A model generated the notes under the pieces. It did not search any database and was not told where the DNA came from. It saw only the letters and a list, made by a program, of their open reading frames with translations. A stretch of 47,192 nt of DNA, the filler included, from Jimgerdemannia flammicorona (lineage: Eukaryota): assembly GCA_003990765.1 (NCBI GenBank). It is 2 parts of 2 records of this genome, joined end to end, with 100 filler letters (N's around TTAATTAATTAA, not from the genome) between each part and the next. Parts side by side here need not be neighbours in the genome. Positions count along the whole stretch, not along the records: positions 23,651 to 47,192 come from RBNJ01001095.1; 1 more part is not named here. One strand, written 5' to 3'. The position numbers and the translations under genes are program-made. Below are positions 47,182 through 47,192 of this stretch, one piece after another. Every line of letters begins with the position of its first letter. Position 1 is the first letter of the stretch.

Positions 47182-47192
47182 GTAAGTTTTTC

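Overview
Eukaryotic, almost certainly fungal, repeat-rich DNA. The SAM-domain gene style, short GT-AG introns and TE repertoire suggest an early-diverging Mucoromycota-like fungus (inference). A 100-bp artificial linker (N44-TTAATTAATTAA-N44, 23551-23650) joins two contigs that need not be neighbours. Left contig: four nested copies of an L1/Tx1-like LINE, one interrupted by a complete 9.1-kb chromodomain Ty3/Gypsy element (14054-23194; LTRs, PBS, PPT, TSD). Right contig: decayed genes (DUF6532-like, caspase/peptidase C14-like), minisatellites, two more poly(A)-tailed LINE copies, a Ngaro/DIRS-like fragment, a second heavily mutated Gypsy without chromodomain, then a CpG-retaining multi-exon host gene with a SAM domain. 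Main observation: the two Gypsy elements have different pol types yet share an accessory set: a dUTPase, an unnamed Cys/His-rich module (order dUTPase-ZnX-PR in one, PR-ZnX-dUTPase in the other), a homologous ~270-aa extra ORF in the env position, and the same TATA/AATAAA LTR core. The TEs decay mostly by C>T/G>A changes at CpG and CpA, a RIP/methylation-like signature.
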